Source of the DNA: a virus
Taxonomy: Duplodnaviria > Caudoviricetes
Strand: one strand, 5' to 3'
Virus record (IMG/VR): IMGVR_UViG_3300012943_000012
Location: 1 to 49,463 of that record
DNA length: 49,463 nt
The notes beneath the pieces were generated by a model. It saw nothing but the letters and a program-made list of their open reading frames with translations. It had not been told where the DNA came from and made no database searches. Shown here one piece after another: positions 10,093-21,000 of the stretch. Position numbers and translations under genes: made by a program. Positions within the stretch are counted from its first letter, which is position 1. The number at the start of each line of letters is the position of its first letter.

Positions 10093-10453
10093 TGCTTATG
10101 ATCGTCCTAAGTTGGATTTGGGTGGTGTTGAACCTACGATCTTCTCGTTTGATTTTGATAACACCATTAGCAGGGACCCTAATGGGTTCCTTGCTATGAT
10201 GGAGATGCTAGAGAATCGTGGTCATACGGTGATTGTTTGTACTGCCCGTCTTAAGGAAGTGTATCCTGAGGATCTTCAGTTCCTCATTGATAAGGGTTAT
10301 AAGGTGTACTGGTCGGAACACAAGTCGAAGGACAACTACCTTCGTAGCCTTGGTATCCGAGTGAATGTTTGGATTGATGATTGTCCCGATGCTGTCCTTA
10401 ATGATTACCATGGCCAGCCCCGTACTTATATTGATATGAAGGATGTAGCATAA
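10085..10453 (+). CDS. HAD-superfamily phosphatase
   Basis: DFDNT, TAR, K and IDD motifs. Confidence 0.8.
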   Translation: MLNAYDRPKLDLGGVEPTIFSFDFDNTISRDPNGFLAMMEMLENRGHTVIVCTARLKEVYPEDLQFLIDKGYKVYWSEHKSKDNYLRSLGIRVNVWIDDCPDAVLNDYHGQPRTYIDMKDVA

Positions 10454-10626
10454 TGAAGACTGGTGAAACTGTGGGTTTTGCTGTTGTTGATGATCATGGT
10501 TATATCGTTAATGGAGCTATCCTGTCCCGTAAAGATGCACGAGCTTGGAAGAATGAGCTCAATGATGATAAGGAATATGAGGCACACTCCCCACACCGAA
10601 TCGCACGAGTGGTTCTTGATAAGTGA
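10453..10626 (+). CDS. 57-aa hypothetical protein
   Basis: Overlaps both neighbours (TAATG and GTGA). Confidence 0.65.
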   Translation: MKTGETVGFAVVDDHGYIVNGAILSRKDARAWKNELNDDKEYEAHSPHRIARVVLDK

Positions 10627-11297
10627 TCGAAGTAGTTGACGTGATGGGTGATGATCTGGCCGTAGCTAATGCGGCCAGAGTCTCCTTTAACAAATGGAAG
10701 GATAACTTTGATGACAAAGACGCTAAGCTCATTACATATCTTGCATCCCATGAACATTCCACCCCATTTAGGCACCCTCAAATATCTATTAGATGCTCTG
10801 CACCGGTGTTCTTGGCTAGGCAGCTTGGGAAACATCAAGTAGGTCTTACTTGGAATGAGGTGAGTCGTCGTTATGTAGATGATGAGCCTGAATTCTATTT
10901 CCCATATCAATGGAGAGCCCGTCCTGACGGTTCAGTGAAACAGGGTTCAGGTAATACTGAGATCACACACATCCCAGATTGTCTTGATTTTATCAATCAA
11001 GATGGTGGTTCTATGACTGTCCATAACTACTACAAGTCTATCATCAAGAATGCTAAGGGTATGTATGAGCAGATGTTGGAGGCTGGGATTGCTCCTGAGA
11101 TGGCTCGTATGATCCTCCCTCAGAGCATGATGACTACATGGGTATGGACAGGTTCACTCCTAGCCTTCTTCCATGTATGGAGACTTCGTTCCGAAGCACA
11201 TGCTCAGGTGGAGGCTCAGGATTTCGCTAAGGAGCTTGATACAATTATGATGGAGCTATTCCCTGTAAGTTGGGGTGCTCTTAAGGAGGCTGTATGA
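10623..11297 (+). CDS. thyX: Flavin-dependent thymidylate synthase
   Basis: AARVS, HSTPF, RQLGKH...NEVSRRY, EMARMILP, HAQVE. Confidence 0.95.
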   Translation: MIEVVDVMGDDLAVANAARVSFNKWKDNFDDKDAKLITYLASHEHSTPFRHPQISIRCSAPVFLARQLGKHQVGLTWNEVSRRYVDDEPEFYFPYQWRARPDGSVKQGSGNTEITHIPDCLDFINQDGGSMTVHNYYKSIIKNAKGMYEQMLEAGIAPEMARMILPQSMMTTWVWTGSLLAFFHVWRLRSEAHAQVEAQDFAKELDTIMMELFPVSWGALKEAV

Positions 11298-11446
11298 GTA
11301 ATGAATTTGAAGAGCTTGCTAAACAGCTCATTGAATATTTGTGTAAAAATCACCATCCTCACACCACAATTATCATTACCCCTACTGGTGCTGAGATTTT
11401 AGAGGGTGTGCAGGCATTTAATGCAGAAGAGTTTCTGCGTGATTAA
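11294..11446 (+). CDS. 50-aa hypothetical protein (NHHPHTTIII motif)
   Basis: AAGGAGG RBS and ATGA overlap. Confidence 0.7.
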   Translation: MSNEFEELAKQLIEYLCKNHHPHTTIIITPTGAEILEGVQAFNAEEFLRD

Positions 11447-12416
11447 ATTGCTAGAACCAACCAAATCCTATGTCACTCACTACCCTGATGCTATCTCTTT
11501 CTGTGAGAAGGCTGAGGGTATCTTTTGGACCAGTAAGGAGATTGACGTAGAAAAGGACAAGCAGGATATGCTTGTCAATATGACGGAGGCTGAACGCCAT
11601 GGCGTCACCACTACTCTTAAGTTGTTTACTCTCTACGAGCTTATTGCTGGTAATGAATATTGGGGTGAGAGAGTTAAGAAAGCGTTCCCGAGGCCAGAGA
11701 TTGAACGTATGTGTTCTGTCTTTAGCTTCTTTGAGCTTAATATTCATGCTCCTTTCTATGATCGCCTTAATAAAGTGCTGGGACTGAGCAATGATGAGTT
11801 TTATCTTAGCTATGCTAACGATCCTGTTCTACGTGATCGTATCAATTTTGTGGATAATCTTGTCAATCAGCCTGACCTACTCACTAGTCTGGGTTGTTTT
11901 AGCCTTGTGGAAGGAGCTGTCTTGTATTCTAGCTTCGCTTTCCTCAAGCATTTCCAAGCTCAGGGCAAGAATAAGCTCCTGAACGTGGTAAGGGGTATTA
12001 ACTTCTCTGTTAGAGATGAGAATATCCATGCTATGGCTGGAGCGTGGCTGTATCGCTCTCTAAGGGACGAGACCCTCAAGGCTAACCCATCCTATAGGGG
12101 TGAGGTAGAGAAGGCCTCAGAGGCGATTCTAGAGGCTTCTAGGGCCATCTATGAGCATGAGAGTCGTATTGTTGATATGATCTTCGAGAAAGGTGAGATT
12201 GAGGGTATTACTTCTGACCAGATGAAGAAGTTTGTCCAGAGTAGGATTAATCTCTGTCTGAGTCAGCTGGGTTTGCCTCAGGTATTTGAGGTGATGAATG
12301 ATACTATCTCGGGCTGGTTCTATGATAACATCAACTCGGTGAGCTTTAATGACTTTTTCACGGGTGTGGGGTCGTCTTATAATAGATCATGGAAGCAGGA
12401 TGGCTTTGTATGGTAG
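11439..12416 (+). CDS. nrdB: Class I ribonucleotide reductase beta subunit
   Basis: FW, ELNIH, VEG...FAF, RDENIH, DFF; GTG start at 11439 is inferred. Confidence 0.93.
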   Translation: MIKLLEPTKSYVTHYPDAISFCEKAEGIFWTSKEIDVEKDKQDMLVNMTEAERHGVTTTLKLFTLYELIAGNEYWGERVKKAFPRPEIERMCSVFSFFELNIHAPFYDRLNKVLGLSNDEFYLSYANDPVLRDRINFVDNLVNQPDLLTSLGCFSLVEGAVLYSSFAFLKHFQAQGKNKLLNVVRGINFSVRDENIHAMAGAWLYRSLRDETLKANPSYRGEVEKASEAILEASRAIYEHESRIVDMIFEKGEIEGITSDQMKKFVQSRINLCLSQLGLPQVFEVMNDTISGWFYDNINSVSFNDFFTGVGSSYNRSWKQDGFVW

Positions 12417-12586
12417 GCAAAAGTGTGTTCCCGTGTCATGGGATGACTTTCCAGCGATACTGGGATTTACAACATGATGTATCCTTTGAACTAACTGACG
12501 AAGAACTCCAGAATGGATGGTTGTTTGATCATGACAATTGGGATGGGATGCTAATTCACAAATCTTGGCCGGAGGCTAATGTATGA
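12410..12586 (+). CDS. Hypothetical protein
   Basis: Short ORF overlapping both neighbours. Confidence 0.5.
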   Translation: MVGKSVFPCHGMTFQRYWDLQHDVSFELTDEELQNGWLFDHDNWDGMLIHKSWPEANV

Positions 12587-12777
12587 CTATGTTTAATCTA
12601 ACCCATCAGCTGTCTGAGGCTCGTCTTAAGGCCTCTCAGAAGTTCAATGAATGGGTTAATAAGCAGGATGATGAAGTAAAGGCAGCTTGGGATGAAGTAA
12701 AGGCAGCTTGGGAAGAACTACTTGTGGAAATCAACTCCCTTAAGGTGAAGATTGCAGCCCTTAAGGCTAAGAGTTAA
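12583..12777 (+). CDS. Small coiled-coil protein
   Basis: GGAGG RBS and heptad pattern. Confidence 0.7.
   Translation: MTMFNLTHQLSEARLKASQKFNEWVNKQDDEVKAAWDEVKAAWEELLVEINSLKVKIAALKAKS
12670..12711 (+). repeat. Perfect 21-bp tandem duplication encoding DEVKAAW twice
   Basis: GATGAAGTAAAGGCAGCTTGG x2. Confidence 0.95.
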
Positions 12778-14471
12778 TGTCTGCTAGTATATATGAACAG
12801 CTTTCCGAAGAAAGAAAGCACTTACAAAAAGAAGGTAAACTCCCTAACTGGTTCAGTACAGGCGGTTGGCAGCTGGCCAAGGACAAACTCCTCTCCGGCT
12901 CTGATAGCATGTTCGAAACCTATAGTAGGATTAGCAGGACTGCTGCTAGGCATACCGATGATCCCGATTCTTGGTATAAGCGTTTTATGGAAATCATGTG
13001 GAGGGGATGGCTCGCACCTTCAACGCCTGTTCTAAGTAATATGGGTACTATTAAGGGTATGCCTGTAAGCTGCTCTGGAGGTTACATTGAAGACTCAATT
13101 GACGGATTCTACAGAGGATATTATGAAGTTGCTATACTCACTAAGCATGGATTTGGTACAAGTGGTTTCCTTGGAGATGTTAGACCTAGGGGTGCTGGGA
13201 TCAGAACTGGGGGTCGTGCTTCAGGTGTTCTACCCGTTGTCAAACACTTCGTACAGGACATGCGTGACGTTGCCCAAGGAACTAGTCGTAGGGGCGCTTG
13301 GGCAGGATATCTACCAATTGATCACGAAGACTTTAACGAAGTAATTGACTATCTTGAACATCATCCTGATGATCTTAACATTGGTTGGAATGTATCTAGT
13401 GCTTTCATTGATCGCCTTGAGGCTGGTGAGAAGGACGCAACCAATCGCTACCAAAGAGCACTTAAGGTTAAGGCGGTTACCGGTAAGGGTTACTTCCACT
13501 TTCCTGACAAGGTCAATAGGCTATCGCCTAAGATGTATCATGATCGAGGATTGGAGGTTAAGGCTTCTAATCTTTGTACGGAAATCTCCCTATTCAGTGA
13601 TGCCAACCATACGTTTACGTGTGTCCTTAGCTCGATGAATTTGGCTAAGTATGATGAGTGGAGTAAGACAGATGCTGTATTTGTTGCTACTGTATTCCTT
13701 GATTGTGTTGCTGCTGAGTTCATACGTCTTAGCGAAGATACCCCAGCTCTCGATAAGGCACGTGCTTTTACATTTAAGTCTCGTGCCCTTGGTTTGGGTG
13801 CTCTTGGTTTCCATACTTATCTACAGTCCAAGCTAATTGCTTTTGAGTCCTTTGAGGCTCATATGATCAACTTGGAAATGTTTAAACATATTAGGGAGGA
13901 AGCAGAACGTGCAACAGGATGGATGTCAGAACAGTGGGGAGAGCCTGAGTGGTGTGTCGGGTATGGACGAAGAAACTCACATCTTCTCGCAGTTGCACCT
14001 AACACTCAATCAGCTCTCATCTGTGGCGGAGTCAGTCAGGGTATTGAACCAATTGTTGCAAATCTATACAATCAGTCCACAGCAGCAGGAGAGATTTATC
14101 GGATCAATCCTACATTCCTTGAAATCGCTAGATCACGAGGTAAGTTCACTCCTGAACTTGTGTCCACACTTGTGGGAAGTGAAGGCAGTGTCCAAGGACT
14201 TGACTGGCTAACTGATCATGAGAAATTGGTATTCAAGACTGCATACGAAATTGATCAACGAGCTATTATCAGAATGGCTGCTGCAAGACAGCAGTATATT
14301 GATCAGGCTCAGAGTATTAATTTGTTCTTTGATGCAGATGAAGATGAGGCGTACATATCTGAAATCCATAAGGAAGCATTCCTTAATCCATGGATCAAGA
14401 GCCTGTACTATCTTCGTACCAAAGCAGGAGTCAAAGCCTCCCGAGGTGATTGTCTGGCCTGTGAGGGCTGA
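12777..14471 (+). CDS. nrdA: Class I ribonucleotide reductase alpha subunit (short, no evident ATP cone)
   Basis: STPVLSN, VSC, SNLCTEI, APN, KSLYY, C-terminal CLAC. Confidence 0.95.
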   Translation: MSASIYEQLSEERKHLQKEGKLPNWFSTGGWQLAKDKLLSGSDSMFETYSRISRTAARHTDDPDSWYKRFMEIMWRGWLAPSTPVLSNMGTIKGMPVSCSGGYIEDSIDGFYRGYYEVAILTKHGFGTSGFLGDVRPRGAGIRTGGRASGVLPVVKHFVQDMRDVAQGTSRRGAWAGYLPIDHEDFNEVIDYLEHHPDDLNIGWNVSSAFIDRLEAGEKDATNRYQRALKVKAVTGKGYFHFPDKVNRLSPKMYHDRGLEVKASNLCTEISLFSDANHTFTCVLSSMNLAKYDEWSKTDAVFVATVFLDCVAAEFIRLSEDTPALDKARAFTFKSRALGLGALGFHTYLQSKLIAFESFEAHMINLEMFKHIREEAERATGWMSEQWGEPEWCVGYGRRNSHLLAVAPNTQSALICGGVSQGIEPIVANLYNQSTAAGEIYRINPTFLEIARSRGKFTPELVSTLVGSEGSVQGLDWLTDHEKLVFKTAYEIDQRAIIRMAAARQQYIDQAQSINLFFDADEDEAYISEIHKEAFLNPWIKSLYYLRTKAGVKASRGDCLACEG

Positions 14472-14510
14472 TATATTCAATGCTGAGTGTAAGAATTTCT
14501 AGGAAATTTT

Positions 14511-14720
14511 ATGACCAATGTTATTGAGGGTAAGTTTGGTTCATTCAAACCTAAACAAGAACTTGTGTACCAGTGTCCTTTCTGTGACAGTGGACGTACT
14601 TTCTACCTTTGTGAGGATCCCGGTGTGATCCAGTGTATAGCCTGTTCCTCACGACAGGAGATTCCACCAGATTGGATGGAAGGTGCACATAACAGATTTG
14701 CTGAATCAGACGACGAATAA
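14511..14720 (+). CDS. Small Zn-ribbon protein
   Basis: CPFC...CIAC. Confidence 0.65.
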   Translation: MTNVIEGKFGSFKPKQELVYQCPFCDSGRTFYLCEDPGVIQCIACSSRQEIPPDWMEGAHNRFAESDDE

Positions 14721-14774
14721 AAAATTAGGCCGGTCTAGGGTTCTCACAAGGAGTCCTAGCCGGCCTTTCTTTTA
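14719..14774. terminator. Bidirectional intrinsic terminator between the convergent arms
   Basis: AGGCCGG-T-CTAGG...CCTAG-CCGGCCT hairpin with an A-run on the left and TTTCTTTT on the right. Confidence 0.85.
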
Positions 14775-15098
14775 TCTACGTTTTCTTTCCTGCTGACCTT
14801 CCAACTTGGCCAACTGAGTGCTGAGGTTATTAACAGCATCTGCCAGCTTATTAGTTGATTCACTCTGTACCTTCTGACTTTCTTTGAGTTGAGAAATGTT
14901 CTCAGTAAGTCTAGCCTGTGAGACCTGAGTGCTGCTGACAGCGAAGTCTAGCTTATCAGCTTTATCTTGGACATCCTGAACCTTGGCGAATAGGCTGCCT
15001 GATGCAAACACTAAGGACCCAACTGTAAAGACCATCTGACCATAGTCCTTAATGAAGGTCTTTACTTTGGATACAGTGTTCGTTGATTCTTGACCCAT
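14772..15098 (-). CDS. Membrane-anchored coiled-coil protein, possible holin-like
   Basis: One hydrophobic segment; last gene of the lysis cassette. Confidence 0.5.
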   Translation of the reverse strand: MGQESTNTVSKVKTFIKDYGQMVFTVGSLVFASGSLFAKVQDVQDKADKLDFAVSSTQVSQARLTENISQLKESQKVQSESTNKLADAVNNLSTQLAKLEGQQERKRR

Positions 15099-15349
15099 TC
15101 TACTATCCCCTGCTTATCTACATTACATTGGATGACATTGTTTGTTTGATCTATCCAAGCCTTAACTAGCACATCCTTATCTAAACTCTTAGGGGGCTGA
15201 CTCACAGGAGTGTTAGTGGTTAGTGGTTCTGGAGGAGCAAGAAGGATCACTCTGTCCTTGACAATAGGTTTCCCACATGCTGTCAAGATAAGCATTGTCA
15301 GCAACAGTGCTGGAAATTTGACCAGCCTTGACTTTCTTAGATACAGCAT
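15062..15349 (-). CDS. o-spanin (Rz1-like lipoprotein)
   Basis: Lipobox LTAC, Pro-rich, overlaps the i-spanin. Confidence 0.85.
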   Translation of the reverse strand: MLYLRKSRLVKFPALLLTMLILTACGKPIVKDRVILLAPPEPLTTNTPVSQPPKSLDKDVLVKAWIDQTNNVIQCNVDKQGIVEWVKNQRTLYPK

Positions 15350-15608
15350 CTACTTTCTCCTTAACCTCCACAACTCTGGTTTGGATTTGATCTTTACTCT
15401 TCTGAGCACCTTCTATAGCATCTAGGTCAAACCTAAAGGATGCATGAGCTGTGGTCAGCTGATCTGACAGAGTGGAGGCTGCCTCCTTATACACAGCTAC
15501 ATCAGCCTTAGCCTTAGTAGCCATATGCTTCTCTACAGTGTACATTGTAGCTAGGATGCCTATAGCCAAAAGGAGGACCCCTAGGATGTACATACTAATC
15601 TTGGACAT
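15213..15608 (-). CDS. i-spanin (Rz-like)
   Basis: N-terminal TM, coiled coil and C-terminal Cys residues; follows the endolysin. Confidence 0.85.
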   Translation of the reverse strand: MSKISMYILGVLLLAIGILATMYTVEKHMATKAKADVAVYKEAASTLSDQLTTAHASFRFDLDAIEGAQKSKDQIQTRVVEVKEKVDAVSKKVKAGQISSTVADNAYLDSMWETYCQGQSDPSCSSRTTNH

Positions 15609-16116
15609 CTTCTATCTCCGTAGTTCCCAGACAGAACCCAAGTTCTCCCTGCCTACGAACCTCAAGACCGGGCAACTTCTTCTTCCCGGCATAAACCCAG
15701 TTCACTAGTTGTCTACAGCCCTCAATGTATTTGCCCTGATTGAATAGCTTAGCCATCTGACTCGTGCTGAACTTGGTTCTCCCAATGTTGAAAGCAAAAT
15801 CGATTAAGCCTGCCTTCTGGTAGGGGTTGAGGGGAACATGGATGACAGCATCCACATCCTCCTCAGCCTTCCCCAAATCCTCTGCAAAGAGATTCAGACA
15901 TTCAGTGTGGGTGTATACCTTACCCACCTTAACCTCAGGTCCTGTGTGGCCATAGCAAGTTGTAGCGATACCAACAGGATCTAGATAAGCGGTGGTCTTA
16001 AGCCCCTCACTAGGGGCGGTAAGGAACACTCCTGATATAGCTGCGGAGAGTGACATACCACCCGCTAGTAAGTATGCTAGCATCTTCTTTTGGTCCCCTG
16101 TAGGCTTAATTTTCAT
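15595..16116 (-). CDS. GH24 lysozyme, probable SAR endolysin
   Basis: E-x8-D-x5-T (EGLKTTAYLDPVGIAT), YGHT, GL..RR; Gly/Ala-rich N-terminal hydrophobic segment. Confidence 0.92.
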   Translation of the reverse strand: MKIKPTGDQKKMLAYLLAGGMSLSAAISGVFLTAPSEGLKTTAYLDPVGIATTCYGHTGPEVKVGKVYTHTECLNLFAEDLGKAEEDVDAVIHVPLNPYQKAGLIDFAFNIGRTKFSTSQMAKLFNQGKYIEGCRQLVNWVYAGKKKLPGLEVRRQGELGFCLGTTEIEDVQD

Positions 16117-18016
16117 TCGCCGTTTCCTCTACTGGAGGAGTAAGCTGACTCATAAGAGCCTCATAGCTGGACTTATAATCCACATTACCACCAAAGTGAG
16201 CACTGGCCTTAATCAAGTTGTTCATAACAGGAGCAACCTCTCGATTAAGTCTCTGAGCTTCTCTCGCAGCATTTCTAGCTCTATCAGCATCATTAGTAGG
16301 ATTAGCTACAAAGCTGACACCTGTACCATTGAACATGGTACGGACCACTTCATTAGTGGGGGCTTGATACTTAGGATTACCAGTCTTAATGGTAGATCTA
16401 TCACTGCCAAACGGGTTGATATCAGCTTCAGGACCAACATAAACATTAGCGTTCTGGAACTCCTGCTGAATGAGAGGAAGGACTTGTTCCTTATAATCTC
16501 TCTCATAAGCAATTTTAGCCTGAACAGCTGAGTCACCATTAATCAGATCAGGGTTCTTACTTAGATAACCACCAATCTGGGGATCAGCAAAGAACTTGAT
16601 AGCTGAGTTGAGCTCCGTTGGGCTAGCAGCTGTGGGACCATATAGACCAACACCCTTAAGAATGTTGCTGATGTTACCATCAATCTCTGTCTTAAGATCA
16701 GGGTCCTTAATACCAGCATTCATATTAGACAAGGAAGTCTTAACAATCTTGAAATACTGGTCCACACCCTTATTATGATCAGGATCATCATTATGAGTGA
16801 TATCACCCGGCTTAGTGGGAACAGCTGACTCATCACCCGGAATCACCTTATTACGCTTCAGGAGATCAATGGCAGCATTGCCAAGGGACTGCTGGAGAGC
16901 ACCAGCACCAGCAGGGATCATCTTGCTAGTGGCAGTGAGAGTAAGGAACTTAGGATCAGAGGTGAGCAGCTGCATATTCTTTGTGCCAATAATATTCGAA
17001 ATAGTATTAGCAGTGACCTCAGATTTGGTCTTACCAGTGACCTGATCCTTAGTAGCCTGAGCCAACATGTCCAGAGGCTTTGTGAGAGCCTCTAGGGAGC
17101 CCGTGGAATCATACCCCGCGGCTAGGGCACCAGTCTGCTGATGGATCGCTGCCAGCTGGCTGTCAATGTCTCTGGAGGCCATTTCACCTGTATAGGTAGT
17201 AGTACCACCCTTACCGTCAGGAACCTGCTGCCCAACCTGAGCAGCAATGCGAGCAGTGTCCTGCTGCCACTTACCAAAGTAAGCATCAGAGAGGGTCTGA
17301 GCCCCCTGTAAAAACTGCTGCTTAGCCTGATCCTGAGCAAGCCCAATACGATTACGCTGCATGGTAATAGATTGATTGGCTAGCTGAGCTCTCTCATTCT
17401 GAATGGACAGGCCAGAACTTACTAACTGATTCTCCTTTACCTTATGCTCAAGAAGGGCATTAGCTGCCTCCATCTGACTCTGAGCAAAGAGGAACTGTTG
17501 GTGCTTCTCAGCAAGGTTCTGCTGAACTTCTGGTGTATCATTAGGACTACCCCAACCAGCGGCCTGAGCACGCTGGAGGGAAGCCATCTTGAGTGTATTA
17601 GCATTATCCTGACCCTGCTGGTAATCCTTAACCACATTCTGGCCAAGGCCAGCCTTGTCAATGATATTGCCATAAGTCTTAAAGATCTCCTCCTGTTGGA
17701 GGGGATGGTTAGCCAACATACGAGACGTACGAAGTCTATACTGTCTTAAGGCTTGATCAGGCTTAAGTACACCCTGCTGTTCAAGGTCAGCAACTCTAAG
17801 GAGATCATCAGCATAACCCTGAATAAAACCAGCATTCTGCTTAGCCACCTGAAGCTGCTGACCCTGACCATAGGCCTGAGCCACAGTACCACCAACTGCA
17901 CCAAGGAAGTTACCAGCTGTTGAAATAGCATTGGCTGCTCCCGTGTCAACAGGGTTAGGAGCTACTGTGGCTCTCTGAAGAGGAACTTCGTTCACACCTG
18001 ACTGGAAATCCGCCAT
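16106..18016 (-). CDS. Internal virion (ejection) protein
   Basis: Ala/Gln-rich helical protein in the core-protein position. Confidence 0.6.
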   Translation of the reverse strand: MADFQSGVNEVPLQRATVAPNPVDTGAANAISTAGNFLGAVGGTVAQAYGQGQQLQVAKQNAGFIQGYADDLLRVADLEQQGVLKPDQALRQYRLRTSRMLANHPLQQEEIFKTYGNIIDKAGLGQNVVKDYQQGQDNANTLKMASLQRAQAAGWGSPNDTPEVQQNLAEKHQQFLFAQSQMEAANALLEHKVKENQLVSSGLSIQNERAQLANQSITMQRNRIGLAQDQAKQQFLQGAQTLSDAYFGKWQQDTARIAAQVGQQVPDGKGGTTTYTGEMASRDIDSQLAAIHQQTGALAAGYDSTGSLEALTKPLDMLAQATKDQVTGKTKSEVTANTISNIIGTKNMQLLTSDPKFLTLTATSKMIPAGAGALQQSLGNAAIDLLKRNKVIPGDESAVPTKPGDITHNDDPDHNKGVDQYFKIVKTSLSNMNAGIKDPDLKTEIDGNISNILKGVGLYGPTAASPTELNSAIKFFADPQIGGYLSKNPDLINGDSAVQAKIAYERDYKEQVLPLIQQEFQNANVYVGPEADINPFGSDRSTIKTGNPKYQAPTNEVVRTMFNGTGVSFVANPTNDADRARNAAREAQRLNREVAPVMNNLIKASAHFGGNVDYKSSYEALMSQLTPPVEETANEN

Positions 18017-18018
18017 TG

Positions 18019-21000
18019 TTAGTTGTCCTTACCGTCGTACGGTTTATCTTGGAATTGATTGCCGAAGATCAGAAGGTCCTTCAGGTCTTGCTTATCCTGA
18101 GGGTTACTGAACGGAGTGGCCTCAATCAGGTTCAAACAATCACCCTTAGAATACATAGGGCAGTTTCTCATTACCATGTTATACATAGAAGCATCACCAG
18201 CATCCAAATCAGCCTTAAGTTTCTGGTCCATGAGTCTCTGGAGTACAGGATTGTTATTACCATATACTCTGTAGTACTCAGTGAGCATCTTCTGAGTATG
18301 CTCAAGATCATTACCATTCAGGTCAGGATTGCTATAATGAGCCTTAGCATTTCTATACCACTGGCTGAAGTCAGCTTCCATATCCTTTTTATTCTGGATA
18401 TTATTCTGAGTAATCTTCTGGAGAGCAGTCTCAGTTTCCGTTGGGAAACCAAGTATTGCACCAATGGCATTAACCTTATCAACATTTTCCTGAGTGATAG
18501 TGCCCGTAGAACCAATCTTCTGTCTAGTCTGAAGAAGATAGGAAGCCTTGAAGTAGGCAGACATACCAGAGGAGATGCTAGCAAAATCCTTAGCCACCTG
18601 TAAGAAGGTGGTGGGATCCTGATAGTCATCTACCAGATTAGTATATCTAGCCATATCACCCACAGCCTTGGTAACTCTAGGATTGCTACCAAAGAACATG
18701 GAAGCAGATGGAGAATTAGCAAGAATGTCACCAATGTTACTGGTGAAGATATTATGAACCAGATCAAGGGTGCCATGAGCATTAAATGGGCTAAGACCAG
18801 ACCAGTCAATTTCAGACTTCTGTCCACTAGCCAAGCTAAGGGCCTTATTAAAGAACCAACCCTCAACACCATTGCTCACAGCTTCCTTAGCATCAGGATT
18901 AGTGATACTATTGGTGTACTTGCCAAGGTCAATCACATAGGAGCCAGTACCAAACAAGACGGTGCTTAGAGCAGCCATCTTAGCTTTCAACTGCCAAGGA
19001 ATGGCTCTGTTAGTGGTCATGTTAAGAATCATCTTCTGAGTGTTCTGAGTATACTGGAACACCATGGAGAGAGCATTCTTATTAGAAGCTAGATCACCAG
19101 CCGAGTTCATGTTACCTGTATAGTTTCTAGAGGCAGCATGTACCTTATCAGCAATATCATCAGCAAACACATTGAGGCCCTGCTTCTCAGCAAGATCTCT
19201 ATGAGCCAACCAAGACATGCTGCTTGAATAGAACTCACCAGCGTCAAAGCCGATCTTACGGCTGAAGTTAGCAATGGCATGAGGTACCTTCGTAACCCTG
19301 CCCACAAGACTGTTCTGTGACTGAGCCACCATGTTGGCAGCCATATCATTCACAGCACCTGTGATCATATTCTGATGATCCACAGCTGCACCCAGACCAC
19401 TTCTTACAAACTGGTCAAATACCTTCTCAGCAGTCTGACTATCCCCCCAAGCATTTTTAGCAAGAGCAATCATAGTAGCATGACTAGCATCTGAACCAAG
19501 GGTTCTCATAGCCAGATAAGCAGGCTGTGAGAATGCCTTAACAGAAGCCAACCAACTCGGATTAAGAGCACCCAGCATCACTGCCTGATGACCCTGCACC
19601 ACAAGCTGTCTCAGAGGAGCCAAGCCAAGATAAGCGTAATAGGACACAGACTTCATACCATTGGTCAAGGATTTGTTAGCAAGGTCTCTAGTGAGTTCCT
19701 CACCCTTACCACTAACCTTACCAACAATGTCAGCAACGTTATGGAAGGCAGCCTTGATACCATCATCTAGAAGATTAGTGTAGCTATTCTCTAGATAGTT
19801 GGCATAGCCAAAGGTAGTACGTGCATCAGCAACTCTACTCTGGTTCTCATTAACACCACCACGGTATTTAATCTTTCTCATGTCCGTAGGGATCATGGGC
19901 TGATTATATTCGCCCTTAGGCAGGAGATCACCATACTGAGCAATACCTCTCTGCTTGATGGAATCAATCACATCAGACAGAGCAATCTTCTTACTCAGGG
20001 GAACAGCCTGACCAACCATGGTCTCAACAGGATTACGTAGGCGAGTATCAGACATGTTGGTAGCATTACCGGTGGAATCCTCAAGGAGGGCACCACGTCT
20101 ACGGAAGCTACTCATACCCTTAGCTTGATGAACGTCATATTCCTGTTCAAATCTATTACCATCACTAAGACGGGTATCCTTACGATAGTAGAACTCGTTA
20201 GGACCTTGAGAAGTCATTCTTCTAGCAACAAGATCAGCTTCCTTAGTATTCTTAGCTGTGGCTACAGACTTCTCATAAATCACCTTACCATTGGCATCTT
20301 TAACCTTCTCGATGACATGGAATGGGTCTTTATAGTCAATGCCATAGTAGCCCGGACGATAAGCAAGAACCTGTGAGCTAGGAGTGAACTTCCGAAGGTA
20401 ACCACCACCCGGCTGATTAAGATGAATAACATGTTCACCTACATCACCACCCTGAGTGAGAATGGGCTGACGCAGCTTAGCAATGCCACCACCATTCTTA
20501 TATAAGGTCTGTACATCAGCTTTAGTCAAGTTCTGAATAGTATCTGTAGCAGCATCCCAAACATTTACACCACTAGACACAGAAGCCTGAGCAACTCTCC
20601 TAACAGGAAGGTTAGTCTGGCTACCGGCATGTATGAACTCTTCATAACCCGCCTTATCAAGCTGCTTAGCAAAATACTCATTCTTCAGATGCCATACACC
20701 ATCCCAAAAATCCTTAAACTTCTTAAGGGTGGCCATACCCTCTTGTGAAGCACCTGCGGCCATTAGCTTTACAGTGTCATATTGACGAGACATGAGGTTA
20801 GCCTCATTAATCTCATTATGCAGAACACTCTGTTCAGCAGGGCTAAGTCTCTTCCAGTCTGTGGCAAAATCACCAATCTGACGAAGGAAAGCCTTCTCAA
20901 TACCAGCAGCCCTATCTGTACCAACCACAGCAGGCTGGACAATAACTCTGTCAAGCATACTCTGGGGATCAAACAAGATGTTGGAGAAGGTACCCTGAGT

